NCBI GenBank assembly: GCA_050747825.1
Contig: JBOGJG010000300.1
Location: 17,479 to 81,478 of the forward strand
DNA from: Acidobacteriota bacterium
GTDB lineage: Bacteria > Acidobacteriota > UBA6911 > RPQK01 > JBOGJG01
Direction: 5' to 3'
DNA length: 64,000 bases
Positions 63,245 to 64,000 of the stretch are shown here, piece after piece. Both the position numbers and the translations under genes were made by a program. The notes under the pieces were generated by a model that saw nothing but the letters and a program-made list of their open reading frames with translations, was not told the origin of the DNA and made no database searches. Within the stretch, counting starts at the first letter, position 1. Every line of letters begins with the position of its first letter.

Positions 63245-64000
63245 TTTAGGGTAGCGGCAACCGGCTGGTGGTCTGAGGCATTTGTCTCGTGCAGCACCCG
63301 GGCTGATCTTACCGAAGGCGCCAGGTCAGATGAGACGAAGATGTAATCGATTCTGGCGCCTTTTTCTGTGCCCAGATTGATCGTATGCCCCTCCGATTCG
63401 CCCGTAATTTTCCAGGTGTCCTTTGCAAGAGAATCAGAGGCGCCGGCCAGCAGGGTGTATTCATCCGAATCGGGTTTGAAATTAAAGTCGCCCAACAAGA
63501 CCCACGAGTCCGCCATATCGACGCCAACGTAAGGCGAACCGGTCAACTGGGCCCGCTCCAGGATCTCCCTGATTCGCTGGACCTGCAGGAGCCGCTCCGC
63601 CATTGAGGCATGGCTGAGATGGGTGACATAGACTCTCAGAAGACGGGCCGCTGCCCGGGTACCCTTTGCCTGGTCGCGGCTCAGACCAAACTCTGGAATA
63701 ACAACCTGGCACTCCAGCAGCCCGCGCTGTTCCGGATTCTGGCCGCCTGCTCCAAGCTTGGGCAGCGGGTAGCTGCGACTGAACTGGATCGGATAACGAC
63801 TCAGCAGTGCCACCCCATACTGGCGACGGGAGTTTTTAATGCGGCCCTCTTCGGATGTGGATCCATCCAGGTCCAGGTTGGGCGCGAAGACATAGTAGCG
63901 GTTCAGCTTGCCGGCCAGCCACTCGGCCTGATCGACCAAATTGCTTCGCTCCGACCAGTGCCGATCGACTTCCTGGAGAGCTACAATATCCGCACTCTCG
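63238..64000 (-). CDS. Endonuclease/exonuclease/phosphatase (EEP) family protein; the N-terminus lies beyond the window edge
   Basis: The reading frame continues to the window end (...ADIVALQEVDRHWSERSNLVDQAEW...). ...LLGDFN... and ...SDHQPV are EEP motifs. Confidence 0.7.
   Translation of the reverse strand, partial: ESADIVALQEVDRHWSERSNLVDQAEWLAGKLNRYYVFAPNLDLDGSTSEEGRIKNSRRQYGVALLSRYPIQFSRSYPLPKLGAGGQNPEQRGLLECQVVIPEFGLSRDQAKGTRAAARLLRVYVTHLSHASMAERLLQVQRIREILERAQLTGSPYVGVDMADSWVLLGDFNFKPDSDEYTLLAGASDSLAKDTWKITGESEGHTINLGTEKGARIDYIFVSSDLAPSVRSARVLHETNASDHQPVAATLNY

Noticed and set aside
63655-63680. ggtcgcggctc word inside the EEP gene
   Set aside because: It matches only 11 nt of the family-A core with no palindromic partner, so it is probably a chance match.

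Overview
The window is a 64-kb, high-GC (about 60%) bacterial chromosomal segment that I infer comes from an Acidobacteriota-like genome. The inference rests on Acidobacteria-typical gene families: giant TonB-dependent-receptor-like proteins with a carboxypeptidase-regulatory-like domain, CRTAC1/ASPIC-UnbV proteins with FG-GAP repeats, GWxTD and VWA proteins, and remnants of a PSCyt1/PSD1 plus DUF1501 gene pair. Most ORFs abut or overlap by 4 bp, so the region is gene dense, with about 50 genes. No rRNA, tRNA or CRISPR array was recognised by eye. Housekeeping content includes tsaC (partial), a cystathionine-gamma-synthase-family enzyme, tctA, a tctC-tctB fusion, ferritin, btpA, sucA, mpg and sthA. 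Accessory content includes three type II toxin-antitoxin pairs (VapBC, a MazEF-like pair and a Phd/ParE-like pair), two tandem TonB-receptor-like paralogs with a relic of a third, two CRTAC1 paralogs, TPR proteins and an S8 peptidase. The most interesting region is about 24.3-38.6 kb. It carries three multiheme c-type cytochromes with 10, about 5 and 10 haem-binding motifs, one of them fused to an LVIVD beta-propeller. Next to them is a translationally coupled operon encoding a NuoE-NuoF/HoxF-like NAD(H)-binding flavoprotein, a HoxU/NuoG-N-terminal-like Fe-S protein that carries two inserted cyclic-nucleotide-binding domains and a C-terminal poly-ferredoxin, a 5-TM histidine-rich membrane protein, a decahaem cytochrome and an SDR. 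I interpret this as a candidate, apparently undescribed, NAD(H)-linked periplasmic or extracellular electron-transfer module with possible cNMP regulation. The window also contains at least two families of interspersed palindromic (REP/MITE-like) repeats. Some copies are inserted in-frame into coding sequences. There is also a family of related perfect-palindrome terminators, a 7-bp tandem repeat inside a CDS, and a decayed region (0.45-2.7 kb) of pseudogene fragments.
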